Made by a program: the position numbers and the translations under genes. 64,000 bases of DNA. Origin: an uncultured Spirochaetaceae bacterium (GTDB lineage Bacteria > Spirochaetota > Spirochaetia > SZUA-6 > DRHE01). Where the stretch lies: NCBI GenBank assembly GCA_964588525.1, contig CAZPQC010000002.1, forward strand, positions 9,721-73,720, given 5' to 3'. Below are positions 25,568-34,683 of this stretch, one piece after another. The notes beneath the pieces were generated by a model that did no database searches, was not told where the DNA came from, and saw only the letters and a program-made list of their open reading frames with translations. Every line of letters begins with the position of its first letter. Positions within the stretch are counted from its first letter, which is position 1.

Positions 25568-27861
25568 AAAACAAGTACAGCGTAATCGGAACCCGCATTG
25601 CCGGCCTGGATGAGAAGGACAAGGTCCTGGGAAACGTTGTTTTTGCCGAGGACTTCACCCTGCCCGGATTGATATACGGGAAGGTTTTTCGCTCCACCAA
25701 GGCTTCCGCCCGCATCAAAGCCCTCGACGTTTCCAAGGCACGTAGCCTGCCCGGTGTAGTCTGCGTGCTGACCGCCGAGGACGTACCCAACAACGAGTCT
25801 GTAAAGAACGTGGTCGGGCAGACCACGGAGGTGGGGCTTCTGGAGGCCAAACACCAGGTGCTGGCCCGGCAGCGGGTCCGCTACTGGGGTGAGGCCATCG
25901 CCCTGGTGGCCGCGGAGAGCCTGGACGTCGCCCGGGATGCTCTAAAGCTGATCGAGGTGGAGTACGAGGAGCTTCCAGCCGTGTTCGATCCCCTGGAGGC
26001 CATGAAGCCGGATGCCCCCAAGATCCACGGCAACAACAACGTGATCGCCTCCTGGAAGCTGCGCAAAGGCGATGTGGAGGAGGGATTTGCCCGGGCGGAG
26101 GTGATCGTGGAGAACACCTACCGCACCCCCCGGCAGGAGCACGCCCACATCGAGCCGGAATCCGGGGTGGCCTGGGTGGACGATATGGGGGTGATCAATG
26201 TGCGCTACGCCGCTCAGGTCATCGAACACTACCGGGACATCGCCACGGTCCTGGGTGTGCCGGAGAGCCGGGTGCGGGTCATCGGTACGCTGATCGGAGG
26301 CGGCTTCGGCGGCAAGGAAGACGTGACCGTCGAGGTGTTTCTGGCCCTGATGGCCTGGAAGACCGGCCGACCGGTGAAGCTCACCTTTACGCGGGAGGAG
26401 ATGGGTTATGCCCGACACAAGCGCCATCCCTATGTCTTGAAGTACAAGACCGGTGCCACCAAAGACGGCAAACTCGTGGCCCTGGAAGCCCGGATCGTCT
26501 CCGATGCCGGGGCCTACGTGTACCTGAGCCCCTGGGTCCTGATCTATTCCACGGTGCACTCCACCGGACCGTACTTGATCCCCAATGTCAAGGTGGATGC
26601 CGACTCGGTCCTGACGAACAACATCATGACCAGCGCCTTCCGCGGCTTTGGGGGGATGCAGGTGGTGGCTGCCTACGAAGCCCAGATGGACGATCTGGCC
26701 GCAGAACTCGGCATGGACCCCATCGAACTGCGGGCCAGGAACTTCCTCAAGAAGGGGGATGTCACCGCCAGCTATCAGGAGATCACCTCCGAGGTCTGGC
26801 TGGAGAAGTGCGCCCGGGCTGCTGTGGATGCCCTGGGACCGAAAAGCAAGGGCGGTAAGACCAGGAAGGTCGGGCGGGGCCTGGCCTGCGCCTGGCAGTC
26901 CTACGGACGCATGACCTACCTCCACGACACCTCCAACTGCTGGGTGAACCTGGAGATGGACGGCAGCGCCGTGGTGCGAACCGGCATCCCGGATCTGGGG
27001 GGAGGGCAGCGCGAATCGGTGCGGGCCATCGCCGCGGAGGTGCTGGGCCTCAATGTCGACGAGATCCACGTGATCTCTACGGACTCTCAGGTTACCCCCC
27101 TGTCCGGAACCGTGACCGCCACCCGGGCCCTGTATATGTCGGGCAACGCCGCCAAGCTGGCCTCGGAAAACGTGAAGCGGATCATCACGGACAAGGCGGC
27201 GGAGATCCTGGGCGTAGCCGCGGACAAGCTGGATCTCAAAAACCACAGGGTGGTCGTGGCCGACGATCCCAAGACGAGCATTCCCCTGGTGGATGCGATC
27301 AAACAGTGCCACTTCGAGGGCAAGATCCCCCAGAGCCTGGCCACCTTCCGGGCTCCCTTCACCGAGCCGATCAGCTCGGACGTGATCAAGGATCCGGTGT
27401 TCCCGGACTTCACCTTCGGCGCCCAGGCCGCGGAGGTGGAGGTGGACGTCGAAACCGGGGAGGTGAAGGTACTGAAGTGGGCCACGGCCTACGACATCGG
27501 CCAGGCGATCAACGTCAACCGGGTGGAGGGCCAGATGGAGGGCGGAGTCGCTCAGGGGCTGGGCTTCGGCCTGATGGAGGACTACCTCGAGGTCGACGGC
27601 GTGCCCTGGACCTGGAACTTCCACGACTACATCATCCCGACCTCCAAGGACGTGCCGGACATCAAGTCGATCGTGCTGGAGTCCGGAACGGGCAAGGGAC
27701 CCTTCGGCGCCAAGGGGATCGGGGAGCCGGCCATTTCTGCGGCCGGACCGGCGGCGGCCAATGCGGTCAAGGATGCGATCGGCGTGCGCATCACCCATCT
27801 GCCGATCACGGCGGAACGGATCTTTTTCGCCCTTCGCGACAAGAGTGACCGACAGGTTTGA
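25564..27861 (+). CDS. Molybdopterin-binding large subunit of the second XDH-family enzyme
   Basis: 765 aa. It overlaps the small subunit gene by 4 nt and has family-typical N-terminal and C-terminal (GAKGIGEP) regions. Confidence 0.9.
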   Translation: MKNKYSVIGTRIAGLDEKDKVLGNVVFAEDFTLPGLIYGKVFRSTKASARIKALDVSKARSLPGVVCVLTAEDVPNNESVKNVVGQTTEVGLLEAKHQVLARQRVRYWGEAIALVAAESLDVARDALKLIEVEYEELPAVFDPLEAMKPDAPKIHGNNNVIASWKLRKGDVEEGFARAEVIVENTYRTPRQEHAHIEPESGVAWVDDMGVINVRYAAQVIEHYRDIATVLGVPESRVRVIGTLIGGGFGGKEDVTVEVFLALMAWKTGRPVKLTFTREEMGYARHKRHPYVLKYKTGATKDGKLVALEARIVSDAGAYVYLSPWVLIYSTVHSTGPYLIPNVKVDADSVLTNNIMTSAFRGFGGMQVVAAYEAQMDDLAAELGMDPIELRARNFLKKGDVTASYQEITSEVWLEKCARAAVDALGPKSKGGKTRKVGRGLACAWQSYGRMTYLHDTSNCWVNLEMDGSAVVRTGIPDLGGGQRESVRAIAAEVLGLNVDEIHVISTDSQVTPLSGTVTATRALYMSGNAAKLASENVKRIITDKAAEILGVAADKLDLKNHRVVVADDPKTSIPLVDAIKQCHFEGKIPQSLATFRAPFTEPISSDVIKDPVFPDFTFGAQAAEVEVDVETGEVKVLKWATAYDIGQAINVNRVEGQMEGGVAQGLGFGLMEDYLEVDGVPWTWNFHDYIIPTSKDVPDIKSIVLESGTGKGPFGAKGIGEPAISAAGPAAANAVKDAIGVRITHLPITAERIFFALRDKSDRQV

Positions 27862-28190
27862 CCCCCCCGGAGGTTGAAGCGACAAAACTGATCACCTCCT
27901 GCCGAGGCCGTCATCGCGGCAGTGATCAGCAGGACAAAAAGTATCAACACGATCTTTTTCATTCGATGTCCCTCCTATGATTGGTTGTTAACTATATATA
28001 CGCGTAGTTTGCTCTGAGGTTTCAGAGATGCTCATGCAGACGAATTCGGTCTGTAACCCGTTCGAGCAATTTGCTGGCTATAAAGGCCCGCATCGTACTA
28101 TAGTTACAGCCGAGTTGATCTCGAAAGATGTAAACAATCCCAGTTCGCAAAGCGATATTGCTCAGACAAATTCAAACAGGAGGTGATCGT

Positions 28191-29387
28191 ATGCACAAGA
28201 TAACGATGTTGGGGACGGGGTTGATCGGCATGTTCTACACCCAGACGCTGCACGCAAACCGAAGCCGGGACAGGGTCCACGTCCTGTACTCCCGCTCGGA
28301 GCAGAAGGCAAAAGAAGCAGCCGCTGCATGGGACGTGGATAAATGGACAACGGACATGGATGAGGCGATCAACGATCCGCAGACCGACGTAGCAGTGATC
28401 GGGCTTCCCAATGCGCTGCACAAGGAGGCGGTGCTCAAAACCGTCAAGGCGGGCAAGGCCGTGCTGTGTACGAAGCCCCTGGCTACAAACGCCGCTGATG
28501 CCCTTGAAATGCTGCGGGCCGTCGAGAGCGCCGGAGTGTTTCACGGTTATCTCGAAGACCTGACCTACACGCCCAAGATGTTGAAAACTATCGACTCGGT
28601 GAGCAAGGGAGCCATCGGAAAAGTGCTGTGGACTCGATCTCGAGAGACCCATCCGGGGCCGCACAGTGCCTGGTTCTGGGACAAGGAATCCTCCGGTGGT
28701 GGAGCTATCGTGGACATGGGCTGCCACTGCATCGAAATCAGCCGGGCTTTGGTGGGAAAGGACGTTCGACCCCTCGAGGTGGTTTGCTGGGCCGATACCC
28801 AGGTGCATCCAATCGACGTGGAGGACAGCGCCATCGGCTTGATCCGCTACGAAAGCGGGGCCGTCGGCCAGTTCGAGACGAGCTGGTGTTTCCGCGGCGG
28901 CATGGATCTGCGGGACGAGGTTTCCGGCACCGAAGGAACGGTCTGGCTCAACCACTGGCTGCGCACCGGATTCGAGATGTTCACCAATGTAGGTCAGCAG
29001 GGCTACGTGGCGGAGAAAGCCGAGGGGGACAAGGGCTGGTTGTTTCCCGTCGGTGATGAAGTGGCGGAGCTAGGTTATGTCCATATGTTCACCGACATGC
29101 TCGATGCCCTGGATCAGAGCAGGCAACCGATGGAGACCTTCTACGACGGATATGTGGTGAACGCGATCATGGACGCCTGCTACCGGTCGGTTTCTTCGAA
29201 GCGGTGGGAGCCGGTAGAGCTGGAACTCTGGCGCGGTGGGGAAGGTGTCGAAGAGAAGGGTGGTTTAACCGACTACGATGATCGGCACTACCTGATCAAG
29301 GAAGAGACAATGCCGGACGGCAAAACCAAGCTGATCCTCAAGGAGAAAGAGAGCGGCAGAATCGTGGAGCGGATCGTCACCGGCTGA
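28191..29387 (+). CDS. Gfo/Idh/MocA-family oxidoreductase
   Basis: An [11 protein letters not shown] Rossmann start is present. I chose the ATG at 28191 because a GGAGG SD lies upstream. Confidence 0.85.
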   Translation: MHKITMLGTGLIGMFYTQTLHANRSRDRVHVLYSRSEQKAKEAAAAWDVDKWTTDMDEAINDPQTDVAVIGLPNALHKEAVLKTVKAGKAVLCTKPLATNAADALEMLRAVESAGVFHGYLEDLTYTPKMLKTIDSVSKGAIGKVLWTRSRETHPGPHSAWFWDKESSGGGAIVDMGCHCIEISRALVGKDVRPLEVVCWADTQVHPIDVEDSAIGLIRYESGAVGQFETSWCFRGGMDLRDEVSGTEGTVWLNHWLRTGFEMFTNVGQQGYVAEKAEGDKGWLFPVGDEVAELGYVHMFTDMLDALDQSRQPMETFYDGYVVNAIMDACYRSVSSKRWEPVELELWRGGEGVEEKGGLTDYDDRHYLIKEETMPDGKTKLILKEKESGRIVERIVTG

Positions 29388-29388
29388 A

Positions 29389-29901
29389 TCATCTCAGGCG
29401 CTTTCGATAGCGGATCGCCGTAAGGGGGATGCCGAGGATCAACTCTTTGGTTGCTCCGTCGGCTTTGAATCCCATGGCTTCGTAGAAGCCTCTTGCCGGA
29501 AGGTTCGCTTCGAGCACCCAGAGTGTAGCGGCCGTGAAATTCATCGAGGCGAACATGTTCTGCCCTTGTTCACAGAGGAATCTTCCGACACCCCTCCGCC
29601 AGACCTCCGGCAGGATGTAGATGCCCCAGATCTCTCCGGTTGTGCTGCGCTTGACATCTGAATCCCGGCAGGCGCCGAGTGTGAGAAAGCCCGCAATCCG
29701 GCCGTCAAACTCGGCTACGTAGGTTTTTGCAGCGCTGTCGTTTACAAATTCGCGGAAGCGCTTGGTCCTACCCTCGACTGTGAATTGTTCGAGGTACGAA
29801 TCAGGAACGATCCCCCGATACGCCGCGTGCCACGCGGCTACGTGTATCACGGCCAGTGCCGGAGCATCGGCCGGGATCGCCCGTCTCAAGGTAGCGTCCA
29901 T
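29389..29901 (-). CDS. GNAT-family N-acetyltransferase
   Basis: 170 aa with an RRGVGRFL acetyl-CoA binding motif. Confidence 0.85.
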   Translation of the reverse strand: MDATLRRAIPADAPALAVIHVAAWHAAYRGIVPDSYLEQFTVEGRTKRFREFVNDSAAKTYVAEFDGRIAGFLTLGACRDSDVKRSTTGEIWGIYILPEVWRRGVGRFLCEQGQNMFASMNFTAATLWVLEANLPARGFYEAMGFKADGATKELILGIPLTAIRYRKRLR

Positions 29902-30440
29902 CCTTGTGCCGTTCGCTCTTCAACCAGGATCATCTCTTCACAGTACTCGCAGTACGGCCGCAACTTTTCATAGTTGCGGGTGAACTTGAGTTTGGGGTGA
30001 ATCTCCTTGACCAGACTGTCGGTTGACAGTTCATTGTACAGCCTACATACGTGTCTGGTGTCCAATTGGAGGATAATGCATGCCTCCAAAGTCGTACAGA
30101 AATTCGTGGAACGGAAGACCAGCTTCGTATTGTCTCGATGAACAATCGGACAATCGGCTTCGGTTGTTTGCAGACGGTCCATGAGCACCCTGTACGCTTT
30201 GAGCATATAATCATCACCGGGATATTGCTTATCCGGGCGATTGGAGCGGTACCAATGGAGGCGTTTTTCGCATCGCTGCAGATCGTAGGATCGAAGCTGA
30301 TTTTCCGAAGCGTTTCTCAATCGATTGATTTCAGCCCTCACGTGTTTATTGTTCTGTATCGAACGTTCACTCCTATAGGCGAGTTTTTGCAGCTCGAGAA
30401 TCTTTCCGGTGTCTTCAACCCCTGCGCGTTTGATGATCAT
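29886..30440 (-). CDS. Chimeric-looking hypothetical protein: a GNAT-like first ~27 aa followed by a Cys-containing domain resembling the ATC-hydrolase family
   Basis: It starts MIIKRAGVEDTGKILELQKLAYRSE and later reads FCTTLEACIILQLDTRHVCRLYN...RPYCEYCEE. The segment is visibly lower in GC than its flanks. Confidence 0.55.
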   Translation of the reverse strand: MIIKRAGVEDTGKILELQKLAYRSERSIQNNKHVRAEINRLRNASENQLRSYDLQRCEKRLHWYRSNRPDKQYPGDDYMLKAYRVLMDRLQTTEADCPIVHRDNTKLVFRSTNFCTTLEACIILQLDTRHVCRLYNELSTDSLVKEIHPKLKFTRNYEKLRPYCEYCEEMILVEERTAQGWTLP

Positions 30441-30450
30441 ACCTAATAGG

Positions 30451-31242
30451 CTAGCGGGGCGGTTTCGAAGCCCAGTAGTCGAGAATGTGCTGCGGGTAGG
30501 TGGCACCGATCCGGCTGGAGATGCTGGCAGCCGCCTCCACGAACAGCGGCGCATATTCGTCGAGCTGATCCGCGTCCAGATCGATCGAGGTGCCCACCAG
30601 GGCGATGGCGCCGATGACCCGGTTGTCTTTGCCGAAAAGCGGCACGGCCAAAGCCGTGATGCCCCGGTGGAACTCCTGATTGTTGTAGGATACCCCGGTA
30701 GCGTAGATCGAGGCGAGGTTTTGGCGCAGCTTTTTCACGTCCGTGATCGTTTCCGGGGTATAGGTCTCCAGCTCCGGGTTGCGCAAGATAGTCTCCCGCT
30801 CTTTTTCCGGCAGGAAGGCCAGCACCGCTTTCCCCGAGGCTGCGCTGTGCAGCGGCATGATCTCTCCCCTGCCCACCGACACCCGGGTGTTGATGTGCCC
30901 GCAGATCTCCATGGCGATGCAGTGCCGTCCGTTGTAGAGGGCGAAGAAGGTCGTCTCTTCGGTTTGAACGTGCAGCTCTTCGAGATAGGGCAGGCAGATG
31001 GCAGCCAGATCCATGCCCTCGACCACTGACTCGGCCAGGCGCAGGTGGGCAAAGCCGAGGAAGTAGCGGGAATCCCGCTTGTTCTGATACACGTAGTCGT
31101 GCTTCTTGAGCGCGGCGAGGATGCGGTAGCAGGTGGACGGCGGGATGTTCAGAGCCTGGCTGATCTCCTTGTTGGTCAGTCCGCTCTTGTAGTGCTTGCG
31201 CAGCAGCTCGAAGATGCTGTGGATCTTGTCTATCGACGGCAT
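30451..31242 (-). CDS. IclR-family transcriptional regulator
   Basis: An N-terminal HTH (LTNKEISQALNIPPSTCYRILAAL) and an IclR effector domain are present. Confidence 0.9.
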   Translation of the reverse strand: MPSIDKIHSIFELLRKHYKSGLTNKEISQALNIPPSTCYRILAALKKHDYVYQNKRDSRYFLGFAHLRLAESVVEGMDLAAICLPYLEELHVQTEETTFFALYNGRHCIAMEICGHINTRVSVGRGEIMPLHSAASGKAVLAFLPEKERETILRNPELETYTPETITDVKKLRQNLASIYATGVSYNNQEFHRGITALAVPLFGKDNRVIGAIALVGTSIDLDADQLDEYAPLFVEAAASISSRIGATYPQHILDYWASKPPR

Positions 31243-31397
31243 AGCCTCAGCGCCCTGTTCGAGTGTACGGGGCGGCTGCCCGGGTTGTCAACTCAAAGTT
31301 CCAACTATTGATAACGCGTTTGTACTATTGTAGAGCGGACCAAATTCGAGAAATTTAATATGATCGAAGGATCAGTCCAGGTTGAAGGAGTACATCC

Positions 31398-32351
31398 ATG
31401 AGTCGCACGGTCGTCGCCTATGGGGAGCTTCTCTGGGACCTGCTTCCCTCCGGGGCGGTTCTGGGAGGAGCACCCTTCAACTTCGTGTACCGGGTCAACT
31501 CCCTGGGTCATCGCGGCGTCATGGTCAGCCGTCTGGGACGCGACGATCTGGGAAACCGTACCCTCGAAATCGTGCTGGAACTGGGACTGGAGACGGGCTA
31601 TCTCCAGAGGGACCCCATGCACCCCACCGGCACCGTGGAGGTGCGCTTCGACGAGAAGAAGAATCCCGAGTACCGGATCATTCCCGATGTAGCCTATGAC
31701 TTCATCGAGCCAACGGAGAATCTGCATGAATTGGCGGCCGAGGCCGAGTGCCTCTGCTTCGGCACGCTGATCCAGCGCCGGGAAGGTTCCCGCAGTACCC
31801 TCTACCGGCTGCTCGATAATTTTTCCGGCAAGTTTGCACTTCTGGATATCAATCTTCGGCCCGACTGCTATACCCGCCGGAGCATCCGAGAATCGATCCG
31901 GCGGGCGGACATCCTCAAGCTCAACGACGGGGAAGCGGACCTTCTGGCAAAGATCTACGGGGTGCGGCGGGATGGGAACACGCTCGATCCGGGCAGATTC
32001 GCCGACTCCTTGTTTGCCCGATCGGATTTGCACTATATCGTCCTGACCCTGGGCGAGCGGGGAGCCTTTGCCGCCTCGCGGGACGGGCAGAAGGTGTATC
32101 ATCCGGCCTTTTCCGTACAGCTGCGGGACCCGGTCGGAGCGGGAGATGCCTTTACAGCCGCCTTTCTCGACGCCCTGCTGAACGAACAGGCTCTGGCCGA
32201 GGCCTGCCGCTTCGCCAATGCCGCGGGTGCCCTGGTCGCCTCCCAGGAAGGGGCCACTCAACCCCTGGATCGTGCCCGGATTGAAGCGTTTCTTCGCAGC
32301 GCCGAGCCGGGTCCGATCGAGGAGGATTGCCGGGGATACCTGCTGCCCTGA
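31398..32351 (+). CDS. PfkB-family carbohydrate kinase
   Basis: The DPVGAGDAFTAAF signature is present. A GAAGGAG SD lies upstream. Confidence 0.9.
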   Translation: MSRTVVAYGELLWDLLPSGAVLGGAPFNFVYRVNSLGHRGVMVSRLGRDDLGNRTLEIVLELGLETGYLQRDPMHPTGTVEVRFDEKKNPEYRIIPDVAYDFIEPTENLHELAAEAECLCFGTLIQRREGSRSTLYRLLDNFSGKFALLDINLRPDCYTRRSIRESIRRADILKLNDGEADLLAKIYGVRRDGNTLDPGRFADSLFARSDLHYIVLTLGERGAFAASRDGQKVYHPAFSVQLRDPVGAGDAFTAAFLDALLNEQALAEACRFANAAGALVASQEGATQPLDRARIEAFLRSAEPGPIEEDCRGYLLP

Positions 32352-32371
32352 TCCCGGCTTGGTCCCGCTTC

Positions 32372-33676
32372 TCAGCGCAGAATACGAATGGGTTTGCGTA
32401 CCAGCTCGATGAAGCGGTTGAGGAATCGAACCGCGTAGAACCCGTCGCAGACCCGATGGTCGAACACCAGGGAGAGGGGGAGGATCGCCGCCACGGTCAG
32501 CCGCCCCTCCCCGGCGACCGGGGCCTGGTGTATTCTTCCGAGACCGAGAATGGCCACCTGGGGCGGTAGGATCATGGGCCGCCCGTAGGTGCCGCCGATC
32601 GAGCCGTAATTGCTGACCGTAAAGGTACCACCGCGGAGGTATTCGATCCGCAGCTCCCGCTTCACCGCTTCGCTGCGGCGCAGGTCGATCAGTTCCTGGA
32701 TCTCCGACAGGGTCAGCCTGTCCGCCCCTTCGACAACCGGTACGACCAGGCCCTGCTCCGAATCGAGGGCGAAGCCGATGTTGGCGGCATCCTGAGGCTG
32801 GACAGTTCGCCGTTGCTCGTCGTACCAGGCGTTCAGCAGCGGATACTGCTTCACGCTCACCGCCGCCGCCTTTATGAAGAAGGGCAGATAGCTCAATTTC
32901 GGGTGCGGGGAGCTGTCGGCATCCCGATTCAGAGCAACTCGGGCCCCCACGAGCTCATCGACCACGGCGAAGTCGTGAATCACGGCCGCAGGAATCCTCC
33001 AGCTGGCCTCCAGGTTGCGAGCAACGGTCCTGCGTAACGTCGAAAGCTGCCGGGGGCCTGTTTCTTCCGGGTCCGTCTCTCCCGCAGAGGGCTGGGTTCT
33101 CTGCAGAGCCGTCCCGCTGCTGTCCGACCTGGTGTTGCCGTTGCCGCGGGATTCTATCTCACTGACGATGTCCTCTTTGAGGATCCGCCCCGAAGGCCCG
33201 CTTCCCTGCAGAGAGGTGAGATCGATTCCTTCCATGGCGGCCAGACGCCGGGCGACCGGGGTCGCCCTGAGCTTCCGGTCCGCTTTGCCGGCGGAGGTGG
33301 TCTGGGCCTGCCCTTCGGCTCGTCCGGCAGATGATTCCTCCCGGACGCCTTCCAGGCTCGCCTCCAGGAGCGTGGCTGAAGAGCTCTCCACGGTTCCTAC
33401 CACGGAGGCACTTTCGGTTGGGGTACCCTTTTCTCCGCCGGAGATCTCGATCCGAGCGAGGATTTCTCCCACCTGAATCGTCTGCTCCGGCTTGGCTCCG
33501 AGTTTGCGGATGACCCCGCTTCGGGGCGAGGGGATCTCCGCCACCACCTTGTCGGTCTCCACCACGGCCAGCACATCCCCCTCCTCAACGGAATCCCCGA
33601 CGGCTCGTTTCCATTCCAGGATCGTTGCTTCATGAACGCCCTCGCCGATGTCGGGTAATTTGAAATCGTACAGCAT
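32372..33676 (-). CDS. 2-oxoacid dehydrogenase E2 (dihydrolipoamide acyltransferase)
   Basis: It has a lipoyl domain (VETDKVVAEI), a subunit-binding domain and a catalytic DHRVCDG motif. Confidence 0.9.
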   Translation of the reverse strand: MLYDFKLPDIGEGVHEATILEWKRAVGDSVEEGDVLAVVETDKVVAEIPSPRSGVIRKLGAKPEQTIQVGEILARIEISGGEKGTPTESASVVGTVESSSATLLEASLEGVREESSAGRAEGQAQTTSAGKADRKLRATPVARRLAAMEGIDLTSLQGSGPSGRILKEDIVSEIESRGNGNTRSDSSGTALQRTQPSAGETDPEETGPRQLSTLRRTVARNLEASWRIPAAVIHDFAVVDELVGARVALNRDADSSPHPKLSYLPFFIKAAAVSVKQYPLLNAWYDEQRRTVQPQDAANIGFALDSEQGLVVPVVEGADRLTLSEIQELIDLRRSEAVKRELRIEYLRGGTFTVSNYGSIGGTYGRPMILPPQVAILGLGRIHQAPVAGEGRLTVAAILPLSLVFDHRVCDGFYAVRFLNRFIELVRKPIRILR

Positions 33677-33699
33677 AGTGAGATTCCTCCTGCAGCAGC

Positions 33700-34683
33700 C
33701 TAGGGCCGGTAGACAGCCAGATCTACAGCCGCGTCCACGATCTGTTTCGCGGTTATCAGGTAGTGATGCTCGGCCCGTGGCAGGGGAAAGATCGTGTCCG
33801 CACCGGAGAGCCGGGAGGGAGGGGCTTCCAGGTAGAGGAAAGCCTCTTCCAGAACCGAGGTGATGATCTCCGCCGCCGCGCCGAAGGATTGGGGGCCTTC
33901 ATGAACCACGAGTATCCGGCCGGTGCGGCGCACGGATTCGGTCACCGTCTCCAGATCGTACGGATAGATCGTGCGCAGGTCGATCAGCTCCGCCGAAACA
34001 CCCCGTTGCCGGAGCTCTGCCGCCGCCTCCCCGGCCTCCTTCATCTGCGCCCCGTAGGAGACCAGAGTTAAATCACTGCCCGGCCGGACCACTTTGGCGC
34101 GGCCGATTTCCACCGTGTAGGCCTCCTCGGGGATCTCCTGCTTGAGGGAGCGGTAGATTCGTTTGGGCTCCATGAAGATCACCGGATCCGGATCCCGGAC
34201 AGCCGCGATCAGCAGCCCCTTGGCGTCGTGAGGGGTGGAGGGAATGACGACCTTCAAACCGGGGATGTGGGCGAACAAAGCTTCCGGACTCTCGGAGTGA
34301 TGCTCGGGAGCGCCGATGCCTCCACCGTAGGGCATGCGCACGACCAGGGGTACCTCCATGGCGCCGCGGGTGCGGTTTCTCAGGCGGGCGGCGTGATTGA
34401 CCAGTTGATCGAAAGCCGGATAGGAAAAACCGGAGAACTGGATCTCGACCACCGGTTTCAGTCCGGCCACGGCCATGCCTACGGCCGCCCCCACGATTCC
34501 CCCCTCGCTCAGAGGCGTGTCGAAACAGCGCTCGGTCCCGTAGCGTTCCTGCAGACCCGCGGTTGCCCGGAACACCCCGCCCTCCCGGCCGACATCTTCG
34601 CCGAAGACGATCACCGCCGGATCCAGGGCCATCTCCGTCAAGAGCGCGTGGTTGACCGCTCCGACGATGGTCTGGACGCTCAT
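33700..34683 (-). CDS. 2-oxoacid dehydrogenase E1 beta subunit
   Basis: 327 aa with transketolase-like pyrimidine-binding and C-terminal domains. It overlaps E1 alpha by 4 nt. Confidence 0.9.
   Translation of the reverse strand: MSVQTIVGAVNHALLTEMALDPAVIVFGEDVGREGGVFRATAGLQERYGTERCFDTPLSEGGIVGAAVGMAVAGLKPVVEIQFSGFSYPAFDQLVNHAARLRNRTRGAMEVPLVVRMPYGGGIGAPEHHSESPEALFAHIPGLKVVIPSTPHDAKGLLIAAVRDPDPVIFMEPKRIYRSLKQEIPEEAYTVEIGRAKVVRPGSDLTLVSYGAQMKEAGEAAAELRQRGVSAELIDLRTIYPYDLETVTESVRRTGRILVVHEGPQSFGAAAEIITSVLEEAFLYLEAPPSRLSGADTIFPLPRAEHHYLITAKQIVDAAVDLAVYRP

Noticed and set aside
27963-28190. The AT-rich 228-nt region upstream of the Gfo/Idh/MocA gene as a riboswitch or sRNA.
   Set aside because: I see only short hairpins (CTCTGA-GGTT-TCAGAG, and CTGTAAC...GTTACAG about 45 nt apart). 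There is no match to any riboswitch consensus I can recognise by eye. It is probably just a promoter and leader. A covariance-model scan (Rfam/Infernal) would settle it.
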